Assembly (NCBI GenBank): GCA_028534125.1 | Contig: CM052816.1 | Location: forward strand, 21,268,001 to 21,332,000 | Origin: Lama glama | Lineage: Eukaryota | Length of the DNA: 64,000 bases | Direction of reading: 5' to 3' | Shown: piece after piece, positions 1 to 13,409 of the stretch | Numbering within the stretch: position 1 is the stretch's first letter | Layout: each line of letters opens with the position of its first letter | Program-made: the position numbers and the translations under genes | The notes under the pieces: model-generated | Told to the model about the DNA's origin: nothing | What the model saw: only the letters and a program-made list of their open reading frames with translations | The model's database searches: none

Positions 1-292
1 CTCAGAAACTCCACTTCTGTCCCCAGTGACCTCCCAGCAGGAGAGGTGCCTTTCTTCCTTTGCTGCTCCCTCCCTGCAGGACTGGTCCTGCACCAATTTC
101 TTTTTCCTTTTTTCTCTTACCAGATTTTGTGAGGAAATCTCCTGTATTTCAAAGTGAGAGGCACTGTGCCAGAATTCAGTAGGTGTTGTGTGTGATTCAG
201 TGGGTCTCTAGATGTAATTCTTGGTGTATTTGTGGGAGAGGGTGATGGGTGAGCTGTGAGTCTCTCTACTCCGCTGTCTTGGCTCTCTCCCA
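1..292 (-). mobile_element. LINE-1 5' UTR start (element runs off the left edge)
   Basis: Ends in CTACTCCGCTGTCTTGGCT, resembling the reverse complement of a mammalian L1 5' terminus. Confidence 0.55.
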
Positions 293-564
293 CCATGAAG
301 TTATTGTTGTTAAAGGGCTGGAGTAAGACTACGGAGTGTCTGCACAGGAGGACAGCAAGGAGCTGACGGGCCAGGGGGTCGTATTAGATCATGGTATGGA
401 TACTGAAATCACCAGTGATTATGAAATTAGTAGTAGAGAATAATACTCAACCAGGAGCTAAAATTGTCAATGAGTAACAGGGAGTGACCAGGCTGGGGGC
501 TCAAGATAACTGCAGCAACAAAGAGTAAACTGAAGGTAAGAGGTTTTTCTTGAATATACACACA

Positions 565-778
565 GCACTTACTATACGCCAGGCAGTTCTAAGGCATTTA
601 TAAAGTCATTTAATCTTCAAAACAATCCTACAAGATATGTACCATTTTACCTAGTTTTATGGATAAGGAAGCAAGAGCAAAAGAGGATACAGGATTTGTC
701 CCAAGTCCCAAAGCTAGTTAAGTGGTGGTGGTAGAATGTAAGCCTGAGTGTGGCTCATATTCTTAACCTCCACACTGT
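565..778 (-). mobile_element. MIR SINE
   Basis: AGCACTTACTATACGCCAGGCA...ATTTAATCTTCAAAACAATCCTA...GATAAGGAAGC...TTTGTCCCAAG MIR-like core. Confidence 0.75.
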
Positions 779-796
779 GATGCCTGTTCATCCTAA

Positions 797-824
797 GTGT
801 GTGTGTGTGCGCGCGCGCACGTAC
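797..824. repeat. (GT)n(GC)n alternating purine-pyrimidine tract
   Basis: GTGTGTGTGTGTGCGCGCGCGCACGTAC. Confidence 0.95.
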
Positions 825-1665
825 TGAGGGGTTGGGGGGGTTATGGAGAGTGATCTAGCAGCAGCAACCTCTTTGCCCACTGATAAAAGGGGAATGGGAA
901 AGAAAGCAGCCACTCTCAAAAGAGCTGTAAGGAAAGCCACATGCTCATGGAAAACCAGACTCAGAAACAGGGACGTCTGTTGTAATTGGTAAATAATTTT
1001 GTTTCATTGTCTGAATATATCTTGTACTGCCTTTTCTTGGTCATTTCTTGTTGTAATGACTAGAGTTTTCAAAAACATGTTGATATAAGTGACCTCTTTT
1101 TTTAAAAATTAATTTTATGGAAAGCAAGTAACACCAAGAAAATATTTCTATTCTTTGCAAAATTATGAGTTACTAAAGCTAGGAGATGTTAAATTCTATC
1201 AAGTAATGGTCATGTTAGGTGTCTATCAGAAGATTTGTGAACAGATTTAATCATCTTCTGAAAAACCCTTGCATTCTTAGGATTAAAAACTTGTCTTGGC
1301 GATTGTGTGTGAATTCCTGGATCTGTGCGGAGTGAGCTTGGTCTGTTTTTTTCTCATGGTACCTTCTTTGATATCACACTAGTTTGGTTAACATGAATAA
1401 TTTTCATTTTTCAAAACTAATTAGGATGACTGTCCATCGTCATTCAGTCATCTGGAAGCAGGTGGCTGGAGTGGCAGCTCTGCTGTTTGCCCTTTTATCT
1501 AGGGACTGGGTGAGGGTCTGGACTAGCCTTTCTAAACCAGGGTTCTTTATGTGAACCACAGAACACAGGAAATGACTTGAGTAACTCATGTATCAATTCT
1601 CTCAAGGATAGTGCATAACTAGGATCATTTCAGATGGGTAGAAACTAATTACATACAACAGATAC

Positions 1666-2132
1666 TGTATTAGTTTCCTATTGCTGTTACAAGAGCACAA
1701 ACACAGCAGCTTAAGAACAAGTTTATTCTTTTATAGTTCTGAAGGCCAGAAGTCCAAAACCAGTTTACTAGTCTAAAAGTCAAGGTGTCAGCAGGGCTTG
1801 TTCCTTTTGGAGGCTCTGAGGGAAATCTGTTTCTTTGCCTTTTTCAGCTTCTAGCGGTTGCCGGTATTTCTTCCCTAATAGCCTTTCCTCCATCCAGTAT
1901 CTGAGTCTGTCAGCGCATTGCCTTCTTTTCTGCTGTTCAGGGTCTCTCTGCCCCCTCCCTACTGGGACACTCATGATTACATTTAGGCCCACAAGACAAT
2001 CCAGGAAACCCTCCCCATCCCAAGATCCTTAGCTGAACCACATCTGCAGTATCTTGGCCGCAGTGGGTAACAATCACAGGTTCCAGATATTAGAACCTCT
2101 ATCTTTGGAGGCTACCATTCAGCCTATCACCA
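1666..2132 (-). mobile_element. MaLR solo LTR (MLT1-like)
   Basis: TGTATTAGTTTCCTATTGCTG...AGTTCTGAAGGCCAGAAGTCC...ATTCAGCCTATCAC, typical MLT1 LTR text. Confidence 0.85.
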
Positions 2133-3188
2133 TAGGGCCTAATTCTTTTCTACACCTTGGTTGAGAAAGGCTGGCTGCACCATATGGTCATTAGATTTGC
2201 AGATGGCATAAAAGCGACTGTGCCCCATGAGAGAGTCTGAATGATAAAACTCCACAAAGTTTAACTCAAAAGTGTGTGACTTGGAAGTATGACTGTGTGG
2301 AATGCTTATGAATGGCTTCAAGTTCTCAGCTGGCAATTCCAAGGTAAGGGTATGTCAGGCCCTTATTAGAAATAATATCTGGGGTGAAAATGAGGCCTGC
2401 TTTTCCAGGTCTGCTTGGCCCCCGTCGGCAACCCTGAGTGAGCCCTGCTTGCCTTCTACACCAGACTGCATGCTTGGAGAGCAATCAGAATTTACGGTAA
2501 GGCCATGCTAATACACAGCAAAGACATATGGAGAGTTACAGACTCCTTCATGAAGGCAGGTCAGGCCCCATGTGAAAGGGAGGCCTTGCTCATGGTCAGA
2601 GCTTTCCAAAGATGGATGTGCACAGTGGGGAACTTCTGTTCTCGAGAGCGAGCCCAGGTTTGGATGCCCACTTGGCAGGGATATGTGGGGAGGGAAGATG
2701 GTGTGTATTGAATTAGATGATTATGTAAGGTTCCTTTTAAACCCTGAAACCCCCATTTGATGACTTCAAATTTTAGGTGGGGGGAAAATGAGGCCCAGAG
2801 AGGGAGATATTACTTGCCCAGATTTATAAAGTTAAGAGCAGAGTCAAATATTAAAATTTAATCATTTCTTGTCATCTTCAGATATTAATACTGATAATGC
2901 AGGTTTTAAAACCACATCCAAAGAAACAAATTTAGAATTAACACTTAAAACACTGTTTTTTAAATTGCCCAAACCATAAAGTGTCCAGAGAACCTGCTTC
3001 TAACTGATGCTTTGAGAAGTGAAAGGTGACTAAGTAGCTTCAGGTCACAGAGAATCCTTCATTTGAGCTGGGAGGGAAGGAGAGAGGCTGAGTCCAGCTG
3101 TGCTGCTGTTGAGCACCGCAGGCCTGTCAGAGGCTGCCTGGAGGGGAATTAAGTTCAGGGAATCAGCCCACATTTCACATGACACAAT

Positions 3189-3194
3189 TTTAAT
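3189..3194 (-). terminator. Candidate proximal polyadenylation signal (ATTAAA) of RAD50
   Basis: First ATTAAA on the minus strand about 145 nt after the stop; another at 2857-2862. Usage cannot be seen from sequence. Confidence 0.3.
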
Positions 3195-3337
3195 GAATTT
3201 GGAACCTCTCAGGCATTAAAAACTCTAGACACAAGGCTCACTCAAAAGAATATATTTTCATATTGACTCAGCTGATACCAGAAATAAGCAGTTGCCTAAG
3301 GACTTGTGTTTCTAAGGCATTTAAACCTTGATTGTTT

Positions 3338-3538
<201 letters not shown>

Positions 3539-4956
3539 TTAGAACATTTTATTACTAAGGAGCACACATAACCCTTACCTGTATTTGAAAAAGCCACTGA
3601 GAACCTGTCAGACACACAAGTGTGTGATGTGTATGATGACCAGGCTTTTCCTGTGCCGTGTGAGTATCAGGGCCTCTGACAGCCCTGCAGGAAGTGGCTG
3701 GGGGAGGGGTAGGCCCAAGCCTTCAGCCAGGCACGTAGCCGTCCCAGCTCCTGTCCAGACGGGGGCTGCATGGCCGGACTCTTCACCTAGGTCTGGCTTA
3801 GGGACTGGTGAGAATACATGATCTAGTTTCTCCCAGAACATAAAGTTCTTCTTACTAAAGCAAGTAGAAATGGTTTACTGAGTTTTCCTTAATGTCTATG
3901 CTGCTCAACTCTAGAAGTCTGATTGCTCTGTTGCCTGGGGCTTTCTTGACCTGTTACTAGTTTTCTCTGTAAGAAAATTAAATTAAAAAAAAAAAGACTA
4001 CAGGCAAGGGGAATAACACTGCAAGCCCCACTGCCTTCTTAGGAGCTGGGTCTACTCAGAATTCTGCTACCACCAGTCACTAGATGCATCACTGGTATGA
4101 CACACAGGGGGCCTGAGTGGGTGTACTGAGAACATTTTTGCTCGTTATCTATATTCTGAGGTAAATAGCTATGAGACTGAGACTTCAAAGACTTTTTCTT
4201 TTTTAACTAACCACTTCTTTATCCCTTGCCTGGAGTTAGATGCACTTAGGTTTCAAAAGCGCTAGCCCTTCCTGGGTCACACAGGACTACGGGGAGATGG
4301 CTGGAGACGGGGGCTCTGTAGCCACTCAGTTCTCCTTCTCCCCCTGCTATCACACAGAAAACGTTCTCTGTCAGAAAGAGTCTGTCTGGAGCAAGGAGTA
4401 CCCAAAATAGCTTCTCTGCCTCAGGAAAAGTACCTTTCCTCTGCCAGCACAGTCTTTAAGCAAGCGCCGCCTATCCCCAGGGCCGTACCCACCACAGGTG
4501 AATTGTGGTAAAGGGTATACGCAGTATTATCCTCTGGATTCTACTTCATCACAATACACTTTCTGAATAAGAGCTGTTGACACATGTGAAAAGCTGGTGA
4601 GACAGTCACCACCCACCATCACCAACCAGAAATGCTTTAGCAGGGCATGCTAACTACAGTACGTGGCATGTGGGCCCCTCTGGTAGGTTTACAAGAAAAC
4701 CAGACCAAGCCAGGAAACCCTCACCATAGGTTTCCCGATGAACATGCTGGGGAGATGCAGGATGTGTCTGGGGCGGCTGTTCACCATGTAGCTCTTTCTT
4801 AAGCATCTGAAGAATTACTGTAAAAAGGTAAAGCCTAAGGTCTGGCAAAACCAGTTTCCCCAAGGAAGACACATCTGCAGAGGGTTTTCACCACAGAACT
4901 CTATTAATCTTACTTAAAAAACTATCATATCTCAGCCCCAAATTTGAAATACTTAC

Positions 4957-5090
4957 TCAACCAGAGCATGCGCAAGAGATTCTATGTTTTCTCGGTCAAG
5001 ATTTGTTGTTGGCTCATCCAAGGCAAGGATGCCACAGTTTAAGCAGAATGTTTCAGCCAGGGCCAGGCGGATGATGAGTGAGGCTAATAC
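4957..5090 (-). CDS. RAD50: RAD50 exon 24 (134 nt), Walker B and D-loop
   Basis: [48 protein letters not shown] acceptor, GTAAGT donor. Confidence 0.98.
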
Positions 5091-5343
5091 CTGGAAAAAA
5101 GCACCAGAGCTCTGAGCTGCACTGCACATCACCTTATGAGAGCAGGCAGACCTAACATAATGTCTTTATAAGGGAAGGATAGGGCAATATCCCAGGGTCA
5201 CTGACTTTAGGTAAATCACTGCTCTTTTGTTTGAGAGAGCTTAGCACTGTGACCAGACTCTCAGGCCCTTCCAGAGGGTTAACCCTCATGTGCATTATCT
5301 CATCCTATTATTTGCAATGAATAAAATGCTAAAAGCAATGCTG

Positions 5344-5379
<36 letters not shown>
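5344..5379. repeat. Compound (CT)n(CA)n microsatellite
   Basis: Directly visible in intron 23. Confidence 0.95.
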
Positions 5380-7111
5380 TTAGCTATAACAAAACTTTAA
5401 ATCACAGACTTGAATCAGAAGTGCATTACCATTTATCTGTAACAAATAATTTTAATAATGGTATAAAGATTAATACTCTTAAAAATGTATTACTTGGCTA
5501 TTTTCCTGGTAAGATTTGTTAGAAAACTTGGATATAATACATTTTCCAGAGCCTAATAGACACCTTTTCTCTCAGAGACATCTTTAAATCTCTATGTTGT
5601 GGTCCAAAAGAGGCCCCAGGGCTCTAATCCACACATAAGCATTTGTGTGAATGATTTAAGGGAGAGAGGTGGAGAGGGAGAAGAAGGGAGGGAATTCCTG
5701 GGTCAAAGCATCAAGGGATACAGAAGACTGTAGGAAAGTCAAGCAACCAAAACTATGAGGCAGTTTGCTGGTTAATAGAAACCTAATACCAAATACTCAG
5801 ACTGCAGTTGAAGCCATCTGAGGGTACAGGGAGCACAGAATTAAGAGTGAAGGACTAGTTCAGGAAGGATACAGTTTCTGTGTGAGCTGTAACACTCCCC
5901 CACCCTCTGCACTTGCGAGTGAAGGAGCATGACTGAGTTAGTGATGTTAGAACAGTTTCTAGTTTCTATTTGATACACAGGGCGGGCTGCCACTTCCACC
6001 ACCACTCACTCAGAATGGAGTATGAATGGAGCTCATGGTCCACCTCTTTCAAACCACCTGTCTGTTCTGTCCCCTAACAGCAAGGAAGCAATTACTGCTA
6101 GTTAATTTCTATAGATTGGAGTAGCTGTAAGAAATCAGCTTTTGTTCACAAAGTATTTTTAACAGACATGTTTCCAATTCTTCGTATTTCTCATTCAGAG
6201 TTACCACTAAAAAGCAACAAAGCATGTAGGGGATACCGATTATAGATCACAAATTTGTCATTTTTGCAGACTCTGATCAAGATAATAATCTGCAGATGCC
6301 TTAAATTGGTATCAGCTGTCTGGGCTGAGAAGAAAATTTATACATGGATGGAATGTCTTTAAACAAAAACTGAAAACTATTTATGAAAATAACTCAGAGA
6401 ATGTGAGCATCCACTTCTAGAATTTTAAAATTTTGTTAAAATCAGGGGTCCAGAGGTGTGATCAAGTGTAATCTTCTGCTTCTAATTTGAAAAGAGGAAG
6501 CTCAAAAATCTGTAACATCCTAGGTAAAAACCTGTGCACAGGGAAAGGACCCAGCTGTGTTCCCCAAGGATACAGGTCCCACTTTCCCAACTTTCAGACT
6601 TGATTCCTCTGTGCTCTCTCTGTATATCCAGCCTCGGCTTCCTCCCGGAGCTTCCTGCAGAGCCAGATGGCCTGGGTTGTGGGGGCAAAGGTATCACAAG
6701 GTATCAAAGGTATCTGGGGGTATCACAAGCTTTGCCTCTGGCAGACCCTTCTTTGGGCTGCAGGCCCAAGGCTAGTCTGGGGGTGGTGCTGGGGACTGAG
6801 TCCTGTGATGGGGCTGCTTTCTCAATGAGACACTCATTTATCGTAATGCCTGATCTGGCTCAATCTAGGATCTGGTTTGCTAATATTGTTGTGTCACTGA
6901 TGCTAAAACATACCCCTGCCCAACCCTTTGATTTCTTTGACATCAGGATGCACCTTACAATTACAAGTGGATTTTTTCTTTCTTGGTGGCACAAAGTAGT
7001 GATGTGTCTTACAACTGACGAAACAGTAAACTTACTCTCATAAGGAGTGCTCTGAAACAGTTGTCTTCAGCTTCCTCCTCTACACTTCGGCTATCCTGTG
7101 AGAATGTTTCA

Positions 7112-7483
<372 letters not shown>

Positions 7484-8000
7484 TCAGGGGGGAATCTATT
7501 CTGTAGCCTTTTGTTATTTGCAAACATTATCAAAGTAAGTTACAGGCAACATGTGAGGCTGACATTATCAGGGGAAAACACTAGCTGATTTGGAATCTTT
7601 TTCTCTGGTAGTGAGGATTCCTGTCCAGAAGCAACCCAGATGCCCCAACCCTCAGTCTCAGCTGTGCCTTTCTTAGTTCCCCTATTAAGAGTTTCCTCCT
7701 GATGGTTTTCTTCTTATCACATGTCAGCTTATCCCTATCTGCACTTCAGAAGAACCTGCTATGTCATCAGTTAAATATAATTTGCACCATAGCCAAATAA
7801 GTAAGTCCTGTCAGGCTTTGGAATAGAAAACTTTGCATTTTTTTCTTGCTACAAGATGTTGCCAAGATAAGAATTCTTAGAAAATCTCAGAGAGATGTTC
7901 AGAAAGGGGTCCAGGAGATAATACTGGCATAATGAGAGGTCTTATGAGGCAAGAGCTGGAGACAGGGTTTACGAAAGAGCATTCATGATACACCATGTTA

Positions 8001-8114
<114 letters not shown>

Positions 8115-9949
8115 TTAACGATAACTATAAAGATCTATTATAATAATAATAGCATATTATATTTAACAATATATATTGAATGAACTATATGAACTATATA
8201 ATAAGTAACAAGACAACCATATCATAACTCCCCCAATATTTTCAAGATAAAAGTAAAATATTATAGGAGCTAGGAAAAAATACAGAACCAAAATACAAAG
8301 AAACCAAAACCTATTGGCTGGTACTGCAAACTGTCAGGTGTATGTATACAGATTCATTACTCCAGGGTCTTTATCCTTCTCCATTTTCACTCTATTATGT
8401 GACAGACACTCCCTGAAATGCTTAAATACTGTGAAAACTTCTGCAAACAATTTTTTAGAAGACTTTTTCTTAGGCATAATGGAAGGACTATTTCCACAGA
8501 TACAATTCGGTTGCAGGGAGCCCTGCTGAATGGATGACAGTGAATTGAAGAGGGGAAGGGACATGTACAGAGTCCCTTAGTCTAGAAAAGTAGGTGAATC
8601 TCTGCAACTGCTGCCTTTCTTCTCTTCCATTATTATTAAGGTTTACCAAAGTCAACGTTTTAAGCTGCTTTTATTCCTCAGATTGGTGAGCTTTTTGCCA
8701 ACCAGTAGTGTTAGTTCAGAGTGGGTAATATAGAGGAATAAGCTGAGCTGAACCTCAAAACTTTTATTTTCCCTTCCTAGACAAACATTCAGAAATCCTA
8801 ACTCCAAATATGTGTATTAACTTTCTTTTGTCATGGCACTCCCCTGCCCTCTACAACACTCTTAAAATACTAGTAGTTTCTAAACACTAACAAGAAGGAA
8901 AGAAATGTCTGTAAAAACAAAAGTAGCCTCTCAAAATCTAACATCATTCTTACTAGTCACCTTTTGTCAAAAAGTCCTTAAGTTCTTTGGAAGTGGCTTT
9001 ATGAACTAATAAATGTTGCACCAGTGACAAAAAGGGCAAACATCACTGCCATTACCATACAAAGGATGTGAGGTGGACATACTTCCATTTGCAAGCCTCT
9101 TATCTGATATATGCAAAAAAAGAAACTGAACGTAATGCTACTCCCTCTGCAAAATCATTTCATGATCTTCTGGTTTACCAGCAAAAGAGAAAGAAATGAC
9201 TCAACATAAATACATTTTAAATATCAGATGAAGGATTTTGAAGTAATAAAGACCGGAAAAACCATATTCTGCCTGTTGATGAGAATGCAGCAAGTCTCCA
9301 TTTTCTACTTTATACCTCTGTCTCAGTCTCAGAGTTTATACTTATTTTAGAAGGACGGAGACACAACCTCTAAATGTCTGCTAAAAAGCAAAACAAAAAC
9401 AAAAACCTCAGAATGTTCTTGGGACCGATCATATAATCCTGAGCTTTGTACATTATGATCCCGAGTTTTCAAATAACTTTAAGAAAAGTCGTCTTTCCAT
9501 TCAAGTTCAGAATCTTCCATAACAAACAAATAAGCACTCCCAATGGAGAAGAAGCTCCAGGTGGGGTGCAGCTATCCAAGGCGCACACACACAGCCTCCA
9601 CTAGGGCTCCTGTGTACAACACAGGTGGTGCATCCCGGCCTGTGGGGAGGCCTGCTGAGACAGCACTGCAGGGAAAAGCGCTAGTCCTGGGAGGGATCTA
9701 GCCTCACCAAGGGGTATGTCAGTGTTGATGCCTACCATGCTGGACCATTCACTTATCTTTCTGTCTTCTTTCTGTGCTGGTATGGAGTTACAGCAATAAG
9801 GAGTTACCAGTAATAAGCATTTACCTTATAAGAGGGACAATTATAGGAAACAATCATATTTTATCTCATTTAATCCTTATTACAATACTGAGAAGTTTGG
9901 TTATCCCCATTTTATCAGTAAAAAAATATATTCTAACAATGAATTTTCT

Positions 9950-11800
9950 GAAAAATAAATCAATCCCATTTACAACGGAATCAAAAACAATAAAGTTCTT
10001 AGGAATAAATTTATCTGAGAAAGTGAAAGATACCTACTCTGAAAACTAGAAGACACTGATGAAGAAAAAAAAGATGACACAAACTAATAGAACGGTATCT
10101 TGTGTTCATGGATGGAAGAAGTTAAAACCATCTGTAGAGATAACACAATCTCTATCAAGATGCAAATGGCATTTTTTACAGACATAAGACAAAACATTCC
10201 TAAAACTTTTCTGGAACCACAAAAGACCCCCAAATAGCCAAAGAAATCCTGAGAAAGAACAATAAAGCAGGAGGAATCACACTTCTTGATTCCAAGCTAC
10301 ACCATAAAGCTATAGTAATTAAACAGTATGGTACTGGAATAAAAGCAAAGAGACCAATGGAATATAATCAACAACTCAGAAAGTAACCCAAGCACACAGA
10401 GTAAACCAATATTTGACAAGGGAGCCAAAAATACTCAATGGAGAAAAGACAATCTCTTTAATAATGGTGTTGAGGAAACTTGATATTCACATGTAAAAGA
10501 ATGAAACTGGATCCCTGCCTTATGTCACTCACAAAAATTAACTCTAAATAGATCAGAGGCTTAAATGTAAAACCTGGAACCATGAGACTCCGAGAAGAAA
10601 AAAAAAAGCTCCCTGACGTGGGTCTTGGTAATGATTTTTTGGGAATCACACCTAAAGCATAAGCAACAAACAAGTGGGACTACATTAAACTAAAAAGGCT
10701 CTTCACAGCAAAAGAAACCAACAAGAAAGTGAAAAGACAAACTATGAAATGGGAAAAGTATTTGGAAACCATATACTTGGGGTTAATATCCAAAATATAT
10801 AAAGAACTCATACATCTTGATAGCAAAAAAAAAAAAATCCAATTTAAAAATGGGCAAAAGACCTAAACGGACATTTTTCCAAAGAAAATACACAAATGGC
10901 CAAGAAAAGATGCTCAACATCACAGTTATTAAATGCAGGTTAAAATGACAATGAAATATCACCTCACACTTAGAACAGCCATCATCAATAAGACATAACA
11001 AATAATGGCATGGATATGGAGAAAAGGAAACACTTGTGCACTGTCGGTGTGATTATAAAATGGTGCAGCCACTATGGAAAACAGTATGGAGGTTCCTAAA
11101 AAAATTAAAACAAGAACTACCATGTGATCTAGCAATTCCACTTGAGGCAATATATCCAAAAGAAATGAACACACTACTCGAAAAGATACCTGCACCCCCA
11201 TGTTCATAGTAGCATTATTACAACAGCCAAGACATGGAAACAACCTAAGTGTCCATCTCACATACAAACACATACACACAGTGGAATATTATTCAGCCCT
11301 AAAAAACCAAGGAAATTATACCATTTGGGACAACATGGATGGACCCTGAAGGCATTAATTTAGTAAGTCAGAAAAAGACAAGTACTGTAAGATCTCATTT
11401 ATATGTGGAATATTAAAAACAAAACAAAACAAAACACCAAACTCATAGTAAAAGATCAAGATTTGTGATTACCAGAGGTGGGGGAGTGGAGAGATGGAGA
11501 ATTGGATGAAGGTAGTACAAACTTCCAGTTATAAGATAAAAATGTACTAGGGATGTAATGTACAACATGACTATAGTTAGCACTGCTGTATGATACACAG
11601 GAAAGTTAAGAGAGTAGATCCTAGGAGTTCTCATCAAAAGGAGAAATTTTTTTTTCCTTTTTAAAAATTTCATCTATATGAGATTATGGATGTAAACTAA
11701 ACCTACTATGGTATCATTTCATAATATGTGTAAAACCAACCATGATGCTGTACACCTTAAATTAATAGTGATGTATGTTAATTATTTTTCAATAAAACTT
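9950..11800 (+). mobile_element. 5'-truncated LINE-1 (ORF2 3' part and 3' UTR), apparently interrupting a MIR
   Basis: Degenerate ORF2 (SIPFTTESKTIKFLGINL), 3' UTR ending AATAAA at 11791; MIR-like halves at about 9830-9925 and 11805-11850. Confidence 0.9.
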
Positions 11801-12119
11801 GGGAAGGGTACTGAGATTTAATCAAGTTAGCAAGGTGCTCAAGATCAGAGGAGTCATGACATTAACAGCCCTTGAATTTAATGAACATTAAAAAGGCAGT
11901 CAAAATACCATCTTTAAAGCCATCAGTCTCAGTTTTATGAATAAATGTTACCATATTTTCAAGGTACACCTAGCTTCCAAGAATATGAAGTATTACACAG
12001 CAAGGAGAAATATAAGTAAAAAGAGAAAAAAAGTATAGGCTTATATTGCTAATGAATATAGATACATTCTGAATAAAATCAAATTTAGGACTGAGGACAT
12101 TTAAAAGACTATATCATGA

Positions 12120-13390
12120 CAGCTCATACAACTTTATAAGAAAAAAAAACCCAATCCAAAAATGGGCAGAAGACCTAAACAAGCAATTCTCCAATGACGA
12201 CATACAAATGGCCAATAGGCACATGACAAGATGCTCAGTATCGCTAATCAGAGAAATGCAAATCAAAACTACAATCAGGTATCACCTCACTCCAGTCAGA
12301 ATGGGCATCATTCAAAAGTCCACTAACGATAAATGCTGGAGAGGGTACTTAACAACAAATGGTAAAGGAGATTCTCTAGTCATCAACCATAAGGAAAGGG
12401 GAAAAAAAAGACCTACAGAAGACTGCTTTGGCAGTTCGGGGTCTTTTATGGTTCCATGTAAGTTTTGGAATTGTTTGTTCTAGTTCTGTGAAAAATGTGA
12501 GTATTTTCACAGGGGTTGCATTGGATCTGCAGGTTGCTTTGGGTAGTACGGCCATTTTGATAATACCGATCCTTCCAATCCAAGAGCACAAGGTATCTTT
12601 CCATTTCTCTGTCATCTTTGGTTTCCTTCTTCAATGTTTTATATTCAGGGTATATGTAACCTCCATGGTTAAGTTTATTTCTAGGTATTTTGTTCTTATT
12701 GATGCCATGGAAATATTTATGCTAGTTACAAAATTCTGGTTTTCGAAGTGTAAAAAAAAAGTGAATGAAGGGCTGCAAATGGCAAAATATCCTTCTTTCT
12801 TATGCGTGAGTTGTATTCCATTGTACTTATATGCTACATCTTCTTTATCTATTCATCTGTTGATGTGCACTTAATTGCCAAGATATGGAAGCATCCTATT
12901 AAATAATCTTGCTGTTAATAGCAGGGTATATGTATCTTTTTGAATTAATTCTTATTTCGTAGCTGGCTTTATTCCTCTGATAACTATGTAAGTTTAAAAA
13001 GCTAAACCCCCAAACATTCTTAGAAACAATGAACAGTACATAAATGTAACTTAAAATAAATAAATAAATAAAAAGTATTCCCTCTCTCTCTCGAATCGAG
13101 CCCAGGTCCCCCCTGCGTGCTAGCCCTACACTCTACTACTTAGCTGTAGCCTCCTTCTAGATACCTGAGTTTCCCCAGGCTCACCTTTATCTCCCTAACT
13201 CAGGGAGTGTGCTGGGTTCCAGGTTCTTTAGAACAAATCAAATATCACTTTAAGATAAATGCACTCACAGAGTCCTGCATACCTTTCTAGGTTGCTACCT
13301 ATGCTTATGAAATTTCCTCCTCCTCCTCCCCACCACAAATGGACACAACATTGTAAACTGACTATACTTCAATAAAATATATATTTAAAA
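12120..13390 (+). mobile_element. Composite L1-bounded insertion with TSD
   Basis: TAAAAGACT(A/G)TATCATGA at 12102-12119 and 13391-13408; L1 plus-strand ends enclose minus-strand L1 and unassigned fragments. Confidence 0.7.
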
Positions 13391-13409
13391 TAAAAGACTG
13401 TATCATGAG

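Noticed and set aside
1226..1261. 9-bp inverted repeat TCAGAAGAT...ATCTTCTGA as a small RNA hairpin
   Set aside because: Short stem, no snoRNA boxes or miRNA-length pairing; compatible with chance
6534..7043. 169-aa plus-strand ORF antisense in intron 23
   Set aside because: Starts at GTG, has no recognisable domain or coding-like composition, and ORFs this long arise by chance in 64 kb
12428..12874. 148-aa ORF
   Set aside because: Antisense frame of L1 ORF2 fragments in the composite insertion
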